This document shows, in pieces, positions 38,289 to 51,562 of a DNA stretch of 64,000 nt. Source of the stretch: Nitrosopumilaceae archaeon. Lineage in GTDB: Archaea > Thermoproteota > Nitrososphaeria > Nitrososphaerales > Nitrosopumilaceae. Each line of letters begins with the position of its first letter. Position 1 is the stretch's first letter. Where the stretch lies: NCBI GenBank assembly GCA_965207375.1, contig CBDBMG010000001.1, forward strand, positions 320,001-384,000, written 5' to 3'. Made by a program: the position numbers and the translations under genes. Under the pieces are notes generated by a model. That model had not been told where the DNA came from. It did not search any database and saw only the letters and a list, made by a program, of their open reading frames with translations.

Positions 38289-38612
38289 CAACAGCTCCAC
38301 CAGTTATTGTTGAGGGACAATGCATACCACAACCAGAAGTTATTCCTAATAATGATGTAACAGTGATGATAGGATCTCCTGCATACATTGCTGATGGATA
38401 TGATCTCACTATCACTTGTAATATTATTAATGGAATACCTCCAATAAATATTAGTTGGTATCGTAATGGAGTAGTTGATTCATCCAGAGGAAGCACATCA
38501 ACTATCACAATATCAAATGTGGACATTAATAAAGATAATGGTGTAGTCTATACCTGTAGAGCTGAAAATGATAACGGATATGATGAGCAGCTCACTAGTG
38601 TTAATGTGTTTA
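38289..38612 (+). CDS. Ig gene 2 Ig exon C (diverged A-type Ig domain)
   Basis: 324 nt, phase 1-1 (atatag| ... a|gtaagt; alternative in-frame acceptor at 38295); TAPPVIVEGQCIPQP...LTITCNIINGIPPINISWYRNG...DNGVVYTCRAENDNGYD. Confidence 0.85.
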
Positions 38613-38971
38613 GTAAGTTAACAAATGTATATGGAGAGAGGAGTTGTATTGTTGTATGTGAAAATTAATAATCATACTAGAAGGTGAGAGGTGATAGTAC
38701 TGTCGCTACTGAAATCACCACCCATGTTGCAACGATACACAGTGAATAATCAACAAAACTGAAGTTTGCCCAGAGCCACCGTGCCTTGTTATATACGGTA
38801 CAGTCCAACTACAACTCCACATTATCATGCGTTATTACATGTGTTCACACATGGCTACATGGAAAGAGCTGTCGTGCCCCACACTATGTGGCTGCATGTC
38901 CCACGGCCACATCCAACATTGTCACGCATGTCCATGCGTGGAAATTAACAGCTACACGGCTATAAGAGCTG

Positions 38972-41351
38972 TTGTGGCTGCGTGTCCTACTCAACTTCAT
39001 GCAGAGGGCATTCATAGAAATTATATCACTGTACCTGTTAATATTGAAATATAATTGGTACGCCTCATCACGGTTCTTTAGTTCCGGCAACATTGTAACG
39101 GCCACAACTATGTCATGGAGGACACTTCAGAATGCACCACTACCTTTTGTTTGCTACTATTAATATTACTACCAGATTAACTAAGTAAGTAAAGAGGCCT
39201 TCAAATCATCAGTTTTCTTGTACCTCAAAACTTTGAAATAATTGACATGTGAGCCAAACAGTTTTCGTTTCGTGGTTTTTGTGATGATCAGGTGAAGGCT
39301 AAGGTGTTAGAGATCAAATGTCTCCTTGAAACTTATTGCGTAAGTAAGTTATGTTTTATGTATTGAAGTAGTTAGGGGTGAATATATGGCGATGGAAAGA
39401 TTTCCTCGTCTAGCACACCAAGTATTTTATTTCAAGTTTCAATTGATAATAGTTTGCAAAAGCAGCCTGTAGGCAAATAATGTGTCTTAACATCAATAAG
39501 TTAGTTATATGAAGTTCTTAGTTTATAACCTTAATCTGTGTAATATGCAGAGGATATCTGATGATTTACATGCCGGGAATACTGGCCCATGTGTGAAACA
39601 GACCCATGTAGAAATAACACGTCCTTTGTGAGTTGTGTAAACAGTAGATTCACGCATGATTATTTTTCTCTTTCATGCTGAAACACATACCTTATTTGCT
39701 ATAGCTACGTATGTGCATGGTGGTTAAGATAGTATATACCACTTTGCGTGGGAGGATCAAGGGGAATTGCAGGGCAATATATCTTATATTGCCCTCTGCA
39801 GAGGGCAATATATATATTGCCCTCTCCAGGGGGCAATATTCAGATATTGCCCGGGAAGGTGGTTTCCAGCAATCCTTTGAACCACTCTTTGATACAAAGC
39901 TTTCATAGCTTTGATCCAAATGCTGTTTGGACTGCATTTGTGTAGTAAGTATTGATCAATCCTTTATATAGTGAGCCATATGGGATTTGATTGTGGGTTT
40001 CAATATAGTATCACAAAAGCGCTTTCATAGCTTTGATCCAAATGCTGTTTGGACTGCATTTGTGTAGTAAGTATGTATGTATTGATCAATCCTTTATATA
40101 GTGAGCCATATGGGATTTGATTGTGGGTTTCAATATAGCATCACAAAAACGTTTTGATCATCAAATCACAGTGCTATGATGTATGGGGTGGGGCTTGGGG
40201 TGATGTTCGCCCACACATGATTGCATATTGAGCTGATGTTTGCCCATGGGTCACTAGTATGATTAATTATTTATATAGTGAGCCCTACAAGATTTAATTG
40301 TGGGTTTCAATATGACATCATAAAAACGTTTTGATCATTAAATTCAAACCCACAATGCAATCCAATAAGTCCCCATATAAATACAGGGAGGCCATGAAGC
40401 TATGATTGTGCTGGTTTGCCCACACATTAATTGGTATATAATAGTTATACCATGTGCACTTGTGGTTTGTCTGATATATACACCCTCGGCCCTCGGGCTT
40501 TGGGTGTATATATCAGGCAAACCACTCGTGCCCATGGTATAACTACTAAATATTCTACATTTGTTTTCATGATCACTGTGCTATGACCAAAGGTACATAG
40601 ATGCATGCAATGTTTTGTGAATACTATGGATGGCATAGCTAGTAGCTAGCTATAATGCAAACATCAGCATCAATATTGTATTCACATTAGCTGATGGTAT
40701 AAAATATGCATGCACATACTACAATTGTAGCTTATAGATAGCTAGCTAGCTTGCTACGTAACATCCTGTCAACTAGTTATGTTTGTTATTGTTCTAGCTC
40801 CATTATGTTCTCATGAAATTTGTAGATCTAGAAGAAATATCTTGTGCATAATGTAAGTTGCTCTATAGTCTACATACGTACGTAGGTAATAACAAAGGGC
40901 CCCAACTCCAAAAAATCTTGTATGATATTTCAAATCTTGATTTTGAGCAAGATTTCAAGATTTCTGTAAAGATGTCTACAAGATTTTAAATTGTATTTAC
41001 TATTTTTCTATGAATATATTTAATTTTGAATTACGACAGAAAGCAAGCTCATGGATCTGTGTATATCCAGAAACATTTGGTTTTAAGATTTCAGACTTCA
41101 AGATTTCTAAGAACCTATACGAGATTTCAATGGATTTGTTGTATGTATGTATATATGTATATATACCCCATAGCCCTAACTCTATGTGCTTGTGTAAACC
41201 TCAACTGGGATATTGCTCTGCTGCATATTACTCTACTGAAACACGACCACTCCCAAAAGCATGTAAAAGATGCAGAATTCCTACTGATTTGGATTGCATA
41301 AAGATGTGGTCTCAATGTGTTAAGAAACAAGATGAAGATGTTCATGGCCGA
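38972..41351 (+). pseudogene. Possible decayed multi-exon gene of unknown family
   Basis: Phase-consistent AG/GT exon chain: ..39184 (two in-frame TAA), 39262-39339 FSFRGFCDDQVKAKVLEIKCLLETYC, 39551-39627 RISDDLHAGNTGPCVKQTHVEITRP, 41174-41351 PNSMCLCKPQLGYCSAAYY...DEDVHGR. Confidence 0.3.
39895..40150 (+). repeat. Tandem duplication, unit of about 122-130 bp
   Basis: gctttcatagctttgatccaaatgctgtttggactgc...gggtttcaatatag occurs twice; a partial third copy lies at 40270-40340. Confidence 0.85.
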
Positions 41352-42220
41352 GTAAGTGCTATAACTAACTGTATAATATGTTATTGTTCAATGTCACATT
41401 AGTGACCAGCTAATATACATTCAGGAATAGCCACAGCTATCTTAGTTTGCCAAATCAGAATGTAAAATAGATCAGAGATTCGGCTTGTTTGTTAGCTAAC
41501 TAAAGGTAGCTATAGTAGCTAGGCTTAAAGCTGATTATGTGTCAAAATATGAAATTAATCAAGTCATGTGGATAATAGTCAGCAATGCAAGATGTGGCTA
41601 CAAGAATAAAATTGCATATCATAGAAATTATTTTAATCTTTAACTATAGAAGGATTAATACACTATTATATAGCTAGCTATATACACATGTAGCTATAAC
41701 TACGTATTCAGTTGAAATACCTGTAGTCACTGACATTGCAGTATAATGTGACTCACCTACCTAATACTCACAAAGATTTGTACCTATAAAATTAGCAGAT
41801 AGCTAGCTAGCTCAATTAGGCATTGTTACCTTACAAGCTAAGTAGCTAGCTATAGCTACTAGCCAAATATAGCTACATGTTGAGGGATATTACTTGCAAT
41901 AGAAAAGCCCACAGTATTAATTCCCTCCTAGTTTGTTGATACTTAAAATTATGGTTTCTTGTCAGGTATAACTAAACATTGTAGCTATAGTTACTTATAA
42001 AAAGCATTGATGTCCTAAACAAAAACCCTGGCTGATTGTAAAAAAAGTGTGAGGATATAGTTAAAGGTGGCTAAGTGACAATGCCAATCAATAAAAGCAT
42101 TTTTTAATGAAGTTTTGGTCACTTATATAACCATATTACAATGCCACTTATGATTGCATGGTCTCACATTTCTTTTACAGCCAGGCTGTTTTTGTTAGGT
42201 TATATACGTATATAGGTTAT

Positions 42221-42347
42221 ACATACATACATACATACATACATACATACATACATACATACATACATACATACATACATACATACATACATACATACAT
42301 ACATGCATGCATGCATACATACATACATACATACATACATACATACA
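42221..42347. repeat. (TACA)n microsatellite
   Basis: About 30 acat units with a short gcat interruption. Confidence 0.95.
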
Positions 42348-45300
42348 TTATTACTGTCTGTTGTCACTTGTAGCCTACACGACGTATGAGGACTGCTACT
42401 AACTTCAAAATCTACATGCATCCTTGCTGACAAGTGAAGTCACAACAAAAAACTGGATTGAATAAATATTGTGTGCAAATAGATTTACTTTTGTATATTT
42501 CCCAATTTAGTTGATTTAGCCGTTATATAACCTGATGTTGTAGTTTAATGTGTAGCTATAGCTAGCAACAATGATATAGCTACATATTCAATCATAAAAA
42601 TGAGTTGTTTAACTCTAGAGATAACCTTGCACAATAGCATGATGATTATACTCACATGACGTGAATGTATTTTTAGTGCATTAATCTGTCATAACTACTC
42701 TCTGTACAGCCACATGTGCATGCACGGTCTGGTAATAGAAATTTACTAGCAGATGTACCTGCCCTATTATGTAAGGTGTCTATGCATAGATCATAACAGT
42801 CAACTACTCCACAATGGATTCCCTAGTCTACTGAGTCTACTTAGTTTCCCATGCTTGTTGTCCTATGGCTACATCGGTATAGTCTCTGCCTAATCTCCAA
42901 CACCTATAGCAAAATCACCCCAATCTTAAAAAGGTGATAAACACCTAATTCCTCATTATTGACCGATCAGTCTAACTCAAAGGTCCATTTAAAACAATGC
43001 ATTGGTGATGTTTAGTAGGAAACTTGAGAGATCTAGAAACAAAACAATGAGTGATATAGCTAATAGTGGTCATTCAGAGTTTGACCCAATCATCTATAGC
43101 TACTGTATGTAATACCATGTTGTTCAGGTCTGTAGAGGAGTGGTTTTGAAAGCCACCAGAACCTTCAATATAATATATTTTTTGTGTGCATGCTGCAGCA
43201 AAGAATTAACTATAAGACATTTTTCTCTCTATAATGTCTTGAGTCTGCTTCACCAGCTTGGCTGCAATTAGGCTTGCGCTGATTATGCCGGCATAATTTT
43301 GGGCGTAATGGGCATTTAAAAACATTGAGCATAATGCTGGCATAATAGGCAAAATTTCTAGCACGCGCCGCCATGCAACATACTCAAATCATTTATAACA
43401 TCCACAAAGTTATTATTACACACATACTGTACTTTCAGGAGACTGCTAGGCTCAATTTAGCAATTTTTACAACCACTTTTAGATGCTAGATCAGGCGCCA
43501 CTAAAAATAATTAAAATTATTATGTAAAAAGCTCTATTGTGGAAGAAATTTTACACTCTTATGGATTATTCACCACCTACAAAATATCACTAAACTAAGC
43601 CATGATTTAAGTTGTTAACGCATCCGCCTGATAAACCTGCTGTTCAACTTTGTTTTATTGCAAAATTTTGTGCTACAGCAGTGTGTTTTGGGATCTTCAC
43701 GTGACAATGATATCCTTGATTGACTTACTGTCTGTTGTTCAATCTGTGTTATTTATGGAGATACGTAGGCTTCCACAGTGCTGTAATTTGTATTAAGCTT
43801 CTCCCACCCTGTACATTCCAAAATTTATCACTTACTTTTTAACAATAATTTTGATACAATCTGATTTAGCTGCTATTCCACGAAGTGTAATGATATTGAC
43901 TCTTGCAATTGGTGGATAGAATGGAGGAATCTCTTCCTAACTGCTGCAACTAATCCTTTGGAGTGAAGCTTTAAATAGCTGCCAGGAGCGAGGCTGCAGG
44001 AGATTTTCAGTCAGCCTAAAATCTCAAGGTCACAATGATGTACACATGTCACATGATAGAGAATCTCTTATTGTAATCAAACACCACCTTCATGATGGGA
44101 ACAATATCAGTCAGAAATTGTATCAACTGGAAATGTTTCAGTTATTGCAGTAACATCAAGTATGATCAATGCTTTAATGTCGACAAACATTAACTACACT
44201 TTAAATACACACTCTGTGGACTAGAATTGAAGGGATAGTGCTCATATCATCAACGGTTGATACTGTAGAACCATCCAGAATACTTTAATAGAGGGTCATT
44301 TGTTGCCGGATGGCTTGGATGCTGCTCTATGGAGCTTATATAGCCTGATCAAACAAACAAGCTAACACTACAGAAAACTGGATATCACCTGCTGCCTGGC
44401 GATTAATGGATCGCCAGGCTAGTTCCTTTTGTGCAACCCCTTAAATCGATAATAATTCCCCGCTAGCAAGTATAATATCACCTCGGATATGACGATCTAT
44501 TGCCGTTTTGGTATGAGATGCTCGCGTAATCTTCTTTGCGCGAGGTCACGTGACCGGGACTCGCGTGATATTTGCAAGGTGAAATCTTGGTCGGGTCGAT
44601 CTTGGTGGTGGCATGTTTATTTCAGTTTAATGTACGAGAATGAAATTATTTGTACAATTTGTGCTTTTGATGTTACTGTCATGTAATGACCCATGCTGCA
44701 GCGAGAGAACCTTCATTACAGGATGCGGTAAGTTCTGCGTTCATGTATCATTCATATAAATAATTGTACGCATGTAGCTATAAAGCCAGGCAAACTTGAT
44801 TACTTGTTTCTCTTTACGCGTAAATTTCATTTGTTTATAAATTATCGTTTTACGTACTTGAATTTTCAAATGTCTGTCTTTTCACCTCTCACCCCCGGCA
44901 TCAAAATCACAGTTGCAAAAATTAATTTTGATGCATGAGAAAGCACTGGCATGTATCAAGTTTGGACTAACTCATAACTGATGATACCTTTCTTGGCATT
45001 TTATGCACTGGTCTCAATTGTTAAATAAGTTTCAGTCCAAGCAGCTCTTTCTGCATGGTGATATAGCTAGCAAAATATGTACATGTGGTTGTGTAATGGT
45101 AAGCCGGGTGAGGTGATATACAAAAATGGGTTGGCAAAATTAATTTTGGTGATCTAGTACAACTAGCTATCAGGTACTATTTGCACATTTTAAGAGCTGC
45201 CTTTTCTAACAGCTATCAGAATTCATTACTGACACCTCTCACAATGAAGACTATTGGATACCTTATCACCAAGGTAAACATTTTAGGGCATAAGCCCTGC

Positions 45301-46255
45301 AAAATTTAATTGTGACTTGCTATCAAGGGCATCATTTCAGCTGAAAAGTCAGATATGTAACTTCAGTAGTCACACCAGATAGCTAGCTAGCTTTAAACAG
45401 TCAGAGTTAGAAGATTATAGAAATTTTTCTAATTCTGGTGCATCGGTAATCCAAATTTTTCTCAAAATGTACAAAATTTCTTCAAGTAGGCTAGCTAGCT
45501 AACTATACACTTTACAAGGGCACAATGTTTAATAGTTATTTCACAAAGGGAATTTCTTGCCAAGTTTGCAGAAACTTTGTTTAAAGATGTACGGTAAATT
45601 TATCTGACCAAATTAGATTTTGATTGGCCAAATAAATGGCCAATAGCCAACTACATTATATACTCATAGCTAGTATATGCAAATCCAAACCTATCCTTGC
45701 TGCCCATTTTATTTGGCTGATAATCAATAATTGAATACTGGTAATGATCACTTAACCTTTAGTAAGGAATGAAGCCAGCTAGCAGTCACTTGAGGGAAGT
45801 TTTAAGGGAAACCTTATAAGCTCATTAGAGCTGCATTAGCCAATGATTTGTGGCAGCAATGATTTCATATAACACTAAATATTATGTGGCTTCATAAAGG
45901 TCATAGCCCCTTATAAGGTACCACAAGTGGCAATCCCCATAAGCATTCTAAATATGTTTTATTCCTTATACAGTAAAACATATATCAATAATGATATTCA
46001 TAGCTGAGATAGCTCATAAATTTGCTGTACAAATTACACCACCATAGTTTTGTGACTGCATTCTGTAAAATCTAAATTTATGATTTCCACAAGTCTTAGG
46101 TTTATGTAGGTGAGTTGTAGATCATCATTTATATAAAATTCATAGCTAGAATAGGGTGAGTCAAATACATGACTACTACCAACAGTATCGTATGCATAGG
46201 CGGCAGAAGTAGGGGAGCCATGGCGGTGCGTGTATTTTCCCGCCATCCAAAAAGG

Positions 46256-46336
46256 TAATAAACAAAAAGTAAAGTAAATGGGCGCTTCGCGCGCTGCGCG
46301 CGCGAAGCGCCCATTTACTTTACTTTTTGTTTATTA
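46256..46336. repeat. Perfect 39-bp-arm palindrome with a GC-alternating core
   Basis: taataaacaaaaagtaaagtaaatgggcgcttcgcgcgc-tgc-gcgcgcgaagcgcccatttactttactttttgtttatta. Confidence 0.95.
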
Positions 46337-46337
46337 G

Positions 46338-47195
46338 CAGGGCCGGAGCAAAATGCCTGACCACTTTTCAGAAGCTATCCCACAATCAAAAAGTTTAAGT
46401 TAATATTCTAACTCTAATCACCTCTGTGAAACTTCTTGTAATCTCAACTAGTAACTGAAGAAAGTTTTCATGTCCTTCACGCAAACGAACCAAATCACGT
46501 GATTTCCATTGATCATAATAATACTTTTGTGCGCTTAAGTAATAGTGATGCGCCGATTTTGCCAGCATAATACCAAAAGGATAATAAGGTTAATGTTAAT
46601 GCACTAAAACAATAGCCTAGTTTCTTAGGGTGAAATAATAGTAGTTCACTTTAGTAATGGGGTTTAATTAGATATTAAACCCACAATCAAAACTTCACGT
46701 ATACTCGACGATGGTTTGTTATGCCGGTAAGAATGGCGTTTTTAGAACGATCGATTTGCTACCTTGGGAGAGCAGCCTAACCAGCTGCCTAAGAGTTTTT
46801 AGTTTCCGAAAAGGAGCTTTGGGATAGATGTGTAAATGAGTCTATTTCATTAAATTCCCACAGATCTAACAAAATTGCTAAGTTTCAGTTACTGTGACTG
46901 CATGTGTGTAATTATACAATTATAGCTATAGCTAATAATGTACGTACCCTACTTATGTATTTTGCTTGTATGCACTATAACTTGTGAAATTTAATATAAA
47001 AATTAGACAGTAATATGTAGGCATGTTTAGAAGGTGAAAATGCCCTCAGATTCAATCTCAGGGAGTGCACATTTTCAAAATTTTCTGGGGGGGCATGCCC
47101 CCAGACCCCCCTAGTTTTGGCATGCTTCGCACACAATGAGCGTATTTCTCCATTGAAAATGCCTGACCACTTATGTAAAGGCTGCTCCAGCCCTG
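46338..47195. mobile_element. CAG-ended non-autonomous TIR element (hAT-like)
   Basis: cagggccggagc / gctccagccctg termini, sub-terminal direct repeat aaaatgcctgaccactt and an internal gggggcatgcccccagaccccc motif (also at about 990 and 23461). Only 5 bp (attag) of flanking duplication is visible. Confidence 0.6.
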
Positions 47196-50100
47196 ATTAG
47201 GACATTGAGCATTTGGAATTCGTGAATTCCAAATGCCTAATTTTATAAATATATAAACTTCTGACTTACTGCCTCCAGGGGATGCGGTTGCCTGTGCTAA
47301 TTTCCCACATCAGGTAAGGGAACTTTATAGAGAAATATTTTCGCGTGCATTAATTAATTCTATATAACGCTCGATATCGAGCCACGTGTATCATCTTGAA
47401 TTCACCTGTTTCTAGACGGAATCATTAATGGATTGCAAGCTCTTGAATAAGGGAAGAAGTTTTTAAGGTTTGTTAACTAGATATTTTGTATTCACTCTAA
47501 TTAAAGCGCATTTCATCCATTTATATTTTCTTTGTTGTGCATAATACACGGAGAAGGCGCAAAATTAGCTGCTGTTGATGTACTAAGTAAATACCACCCC
47601 AATAGGGACACTGTTGTGATTTCCACGATATACGTCGACTAGATATACAATGAAGAGAATTGCAACAGCATGCACATCTACTTGATCTAAATAAGAAGCC
47701 GGGCTGGCACATACATATGCATAAATTGGCCTCCGCAACATAAGTACCGCTGATAGAGGGTTTAAGGATACAATAGTGACAGCTGAGGTACGAGTTTATT
47801 TTGCAGTATGGGCCCTTTAACCAGCTGTATATTACTAACAAGGTGGAGCGATTCAGTTTTAGAGTGTAGCTTACAAAGACAGATTGGCTTGTAGTGTTAC
47901 AGTAAGAATTCCAGCTTTATAATTTTATCACTAAATTGAGCAGATTAAACCAAAGAATTAAATTTGTATGCGTTGCTATGTGTTCCTTAATGACAAATCT
48001 TTGTTCACGTGACTTTATTGAATGATAATAGCCTGATTTTGGATGGTAGAACATCAGCGTGTTTCGAATGCAATCATTACCATATATAGTAGCATTATAG
48101 TCATGTTTAATAGTTTTTGTGTGAATCCATGCACGATTGTATGACGCCATGTATTATAAAGTAATAAACTAATTGAATGGATTTGTGGCTGCCTTGTGTG
48201 ATGTGTATTCTAAATATTCAATCATACATTAATGTAATATGTGCTGCATGAAAGTGATTTTGTTGACTAATGAAATGTCACCTTTTTGCCTTACAGAAAG
48301 TGACCTACTACAAGTGCAGCCACCAGCTGAAGACAGACAAGCCAACAAACTGTAATGCATTTTTATCACCATAGTAACACAATTAATTGTTATGGTTACT
48401 ATAATTTGGTGGAAAAGTTTGCCATGTTGAATACGCTAAATGGCGTCATAATCTTGTAGATGTTATACTTTACTGTCGACCTGCTACTAAAGCTTTTCTG
48501 ATCGCATTTGTATGCTGGAGCTAATCTGGAATGGGTTACAAGGAAGCTACCTGATCATTCACCTCGGACTCGTGTAATGACTGTGATAGCATAATGACCA
48601 TTTAATAATTGCGTATTTGGTGATGGTGTAGCAACCATGTATTGGTACATAGGTTGGCTCACAAACCCTCAAAATTTAAATAATACCTTATATATGGCTC
48701 CCTATTTTAGGCTTTGGTAATTTTGCCTGATTTTTGTGATTCGCTGGTTTTGAAGTGTCCTGTGCTATGTATAAGCTGCTGGCAAGAAAATTTTGACAAA
48801 AATTTTTGTAATCTGCAAATTTCACAAAAATATTTGACCATAGAAATTCAGAGCTATGTGAAAGTAGTGCATATACGTAGTCTCCATATGCATAATACAT
48901 TATGCTCTGCAGTACATGTATTTCATGCTTCCTGATCAAAGACAAATAAAAAAGTAATTATTTGATGTCATCACCATAGTAACAGTTGGTTACTATAGTT
49001 TGAATGTGACTGTGACTGTCATCTGTCATTTTAAAATGTATTCGGTCATTTCTGTGAAAAATTGTATTAAGCCATCCATCATAGATGTTACTACTACCTT
49101 CTATTACAAAATGATTCAACATGATCGTGACTTTAAATCGGTACGTCATACGCTATCATCATTAGGGGCATGTGTTTATGAGTGCTACGTTACTATAATT
49201 ATATATACCAGTATGAGCACATTCACATGTTGGAATACTGGAACCTAATATTATAATGATAAAGGTGTTGGATGTAATAGCAAAGTATTTAACAAAGATG
49301 AGCTTAATGTGAATGCTCTATTGGAGTATTTTGATATTTCACATACATTTTAATTTGTACGTACTTGTTAATATGGAGCAGAAAATACCTTATACCTGGC
49401 TTCACTTGTGATTGAGGATTGTGATTTTGGGGGAAAATGAATAATTGGAATTTTTAAAACCATGATGTGCTCATCCCATGCCTGCAGTGGTTGTGTACGT
49501 AGCACGTACATGCATGTGCATGTGCATAGGCATCCTTACAGTAACAGTATCATCATGCAGTGTCTCATGACACATTTATATAGCCCACACTAGATGATTA
49601 TGTAAATGCAAATAAAGCATGTGTAATCTGCCGAATGAACTTTTGTTTGTGGATGACTAAATTAGAGGACAAAAATAAAATTTCTCCCTCAAATTGTCCA
49701 GGCCATACGAATGGACTGGAGCAAAGTATATAAGAAGCAGCAATCGCACATTAAACCTGCAATTTCTCACTGAGTCAGTAAGCTAACACTCTGATCATGA
49801 CGTGTATGCATGTATGTAGGTATACATAGTTGGTGTCTGACATATGGTCTAGCTAGCTCCAGGGTAATAATTGATACCACTAACGTTATGTTATGTGCAT
49901 GCATAGTTACACAATATCTAGTGATCGCATTATTGTGGTGATCACACATTACAGTGAACACAGGGATGAGCACTTCATTAATAATTTTTGACAGCAGAGT
50001 GAGTTTAAGTGACTGCTCTATTAGAGTAATATTTTGTATCCTGTTAAAGCTTGTAACAGAAAATACACATTAAGTTGACTATACCTGGCTTTACGTAAAG

Positions 50101-51326
50101 GAAAAAATTTGTGTGAAGGAAATGTTGCAGTTGTCAGAATGGAAAAGCATAACATGTCCGTCCCTATACACTCTACTCACACAATAACATGCTGCATAGT
50201 TGCATATTTGCCTTCATGCATGTACATAGTTGCATAGAGGCATGGTGATCGTTCATCTATTGCACGCAGTAATTTTACATGTGTATATACGTACGTAACA
50301 TATGATAATATAATTATTATAGTAACAGTACTAGTATCACCATACGCATTATGTATAGCTATGTAATAAATTTTTTAAAGTACATGCAGTGGCAAGTTTT
50401 CTCCCCATCCATCTATCACAAAACCTTCCATTGCAAAATACCAATACCATACACATGTGCATACTAATCATAGTAATAAAAAATTATATCTGCTCGTCCC
50501 TACATATCTACACTCATAATAATAAGAAATTAACATGCATATGGTTGCTTAAAAGAAGCACAATTGTCAGTTGTCCGGTCCATATTACAGTATGACAGTC
50601 ATGTGCATGATCATCACAGTGACTGATCATGATCATGACTCAACATCCTGAAATGTGCATACACAATGATGATCACAATCATGACAATAAAATTGATGAT
50701 CATCTTCATTGTGGTGCACAGCATGCACATGCAGATGCTGATCATGATCATGATGCATTGTCATTATGCATTTAATTATTCAATTCTTTCTTTCTCCATC
50801 CTAAGCTGTTCTACACTAACAGGTATATATAGAAATGTATATGAAATATTATCAAGATACTCTGATAGAGCATTCACCTTAAAATTTTTCCAGTATTCCT
50901 AATATAATGTGCTCGTCCCTAATATTAATGTGGTCAGTCCCAGTCACTAAAATATATAATTGCACAACCATATGCATGCATTATATGAACGCACATTTTG
51001 ATGTATATGTGTAGCTATGCACATGTGTTATATTATCAGACATTAGCTACCATGGCAACCATGTTGACGTCACTATATAATCGTTATATGCATGTTCAGT
51101 TTTGTCATATGACCATGTAGTTACGTACACTGTCACACGTACAACCCATGATGATTACTGTACAAACAAGCAATCTTAGCAAACTGTAAAAGTGTAAGAG
51201 CACGTAGAAGGAGTGTCTAGCTTTTAGTACCTATGTATTACGTAAGCATGATTAATCTATACTACATGATTAATTTAATATAGCATAACTCAGTTAAATG
51301 CTTACTATATACGTACATACATATAT

Positions 51327-51562
51327 GTGACTGGATTTGGGAAAACGTGCATAGTTCACACATCCAATTTTTCAACTTTAACGATTTATAAAATCTTTTG
51401 TGACTTACATATAGATGTGAAACTTACAGGGATTGTAGAGCTACCATTCTTTTATCTACTCTGCAAATTTCAAACTGTATACCATTCTCATTGGATTTTA
51501 TGACTCTTCAAATGAGCAAAATCGGATGTGTGAACTATGCACATTTTCGCAAATCCGGTCAC
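51327..51562. mobile_element. GTGAC-ended MITE with 4-bp TSD (atat)
   Basis: atat|gtgactggatttgggaaaacgtgcatagttcacacatcc ... ggatgtgtgaactatgcacattttcgcaaatccggtcac|atat. Its right half and flank are tandemly duplicated (51462-51613 / 51614-51762, period 152). Confidence 0.85.
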
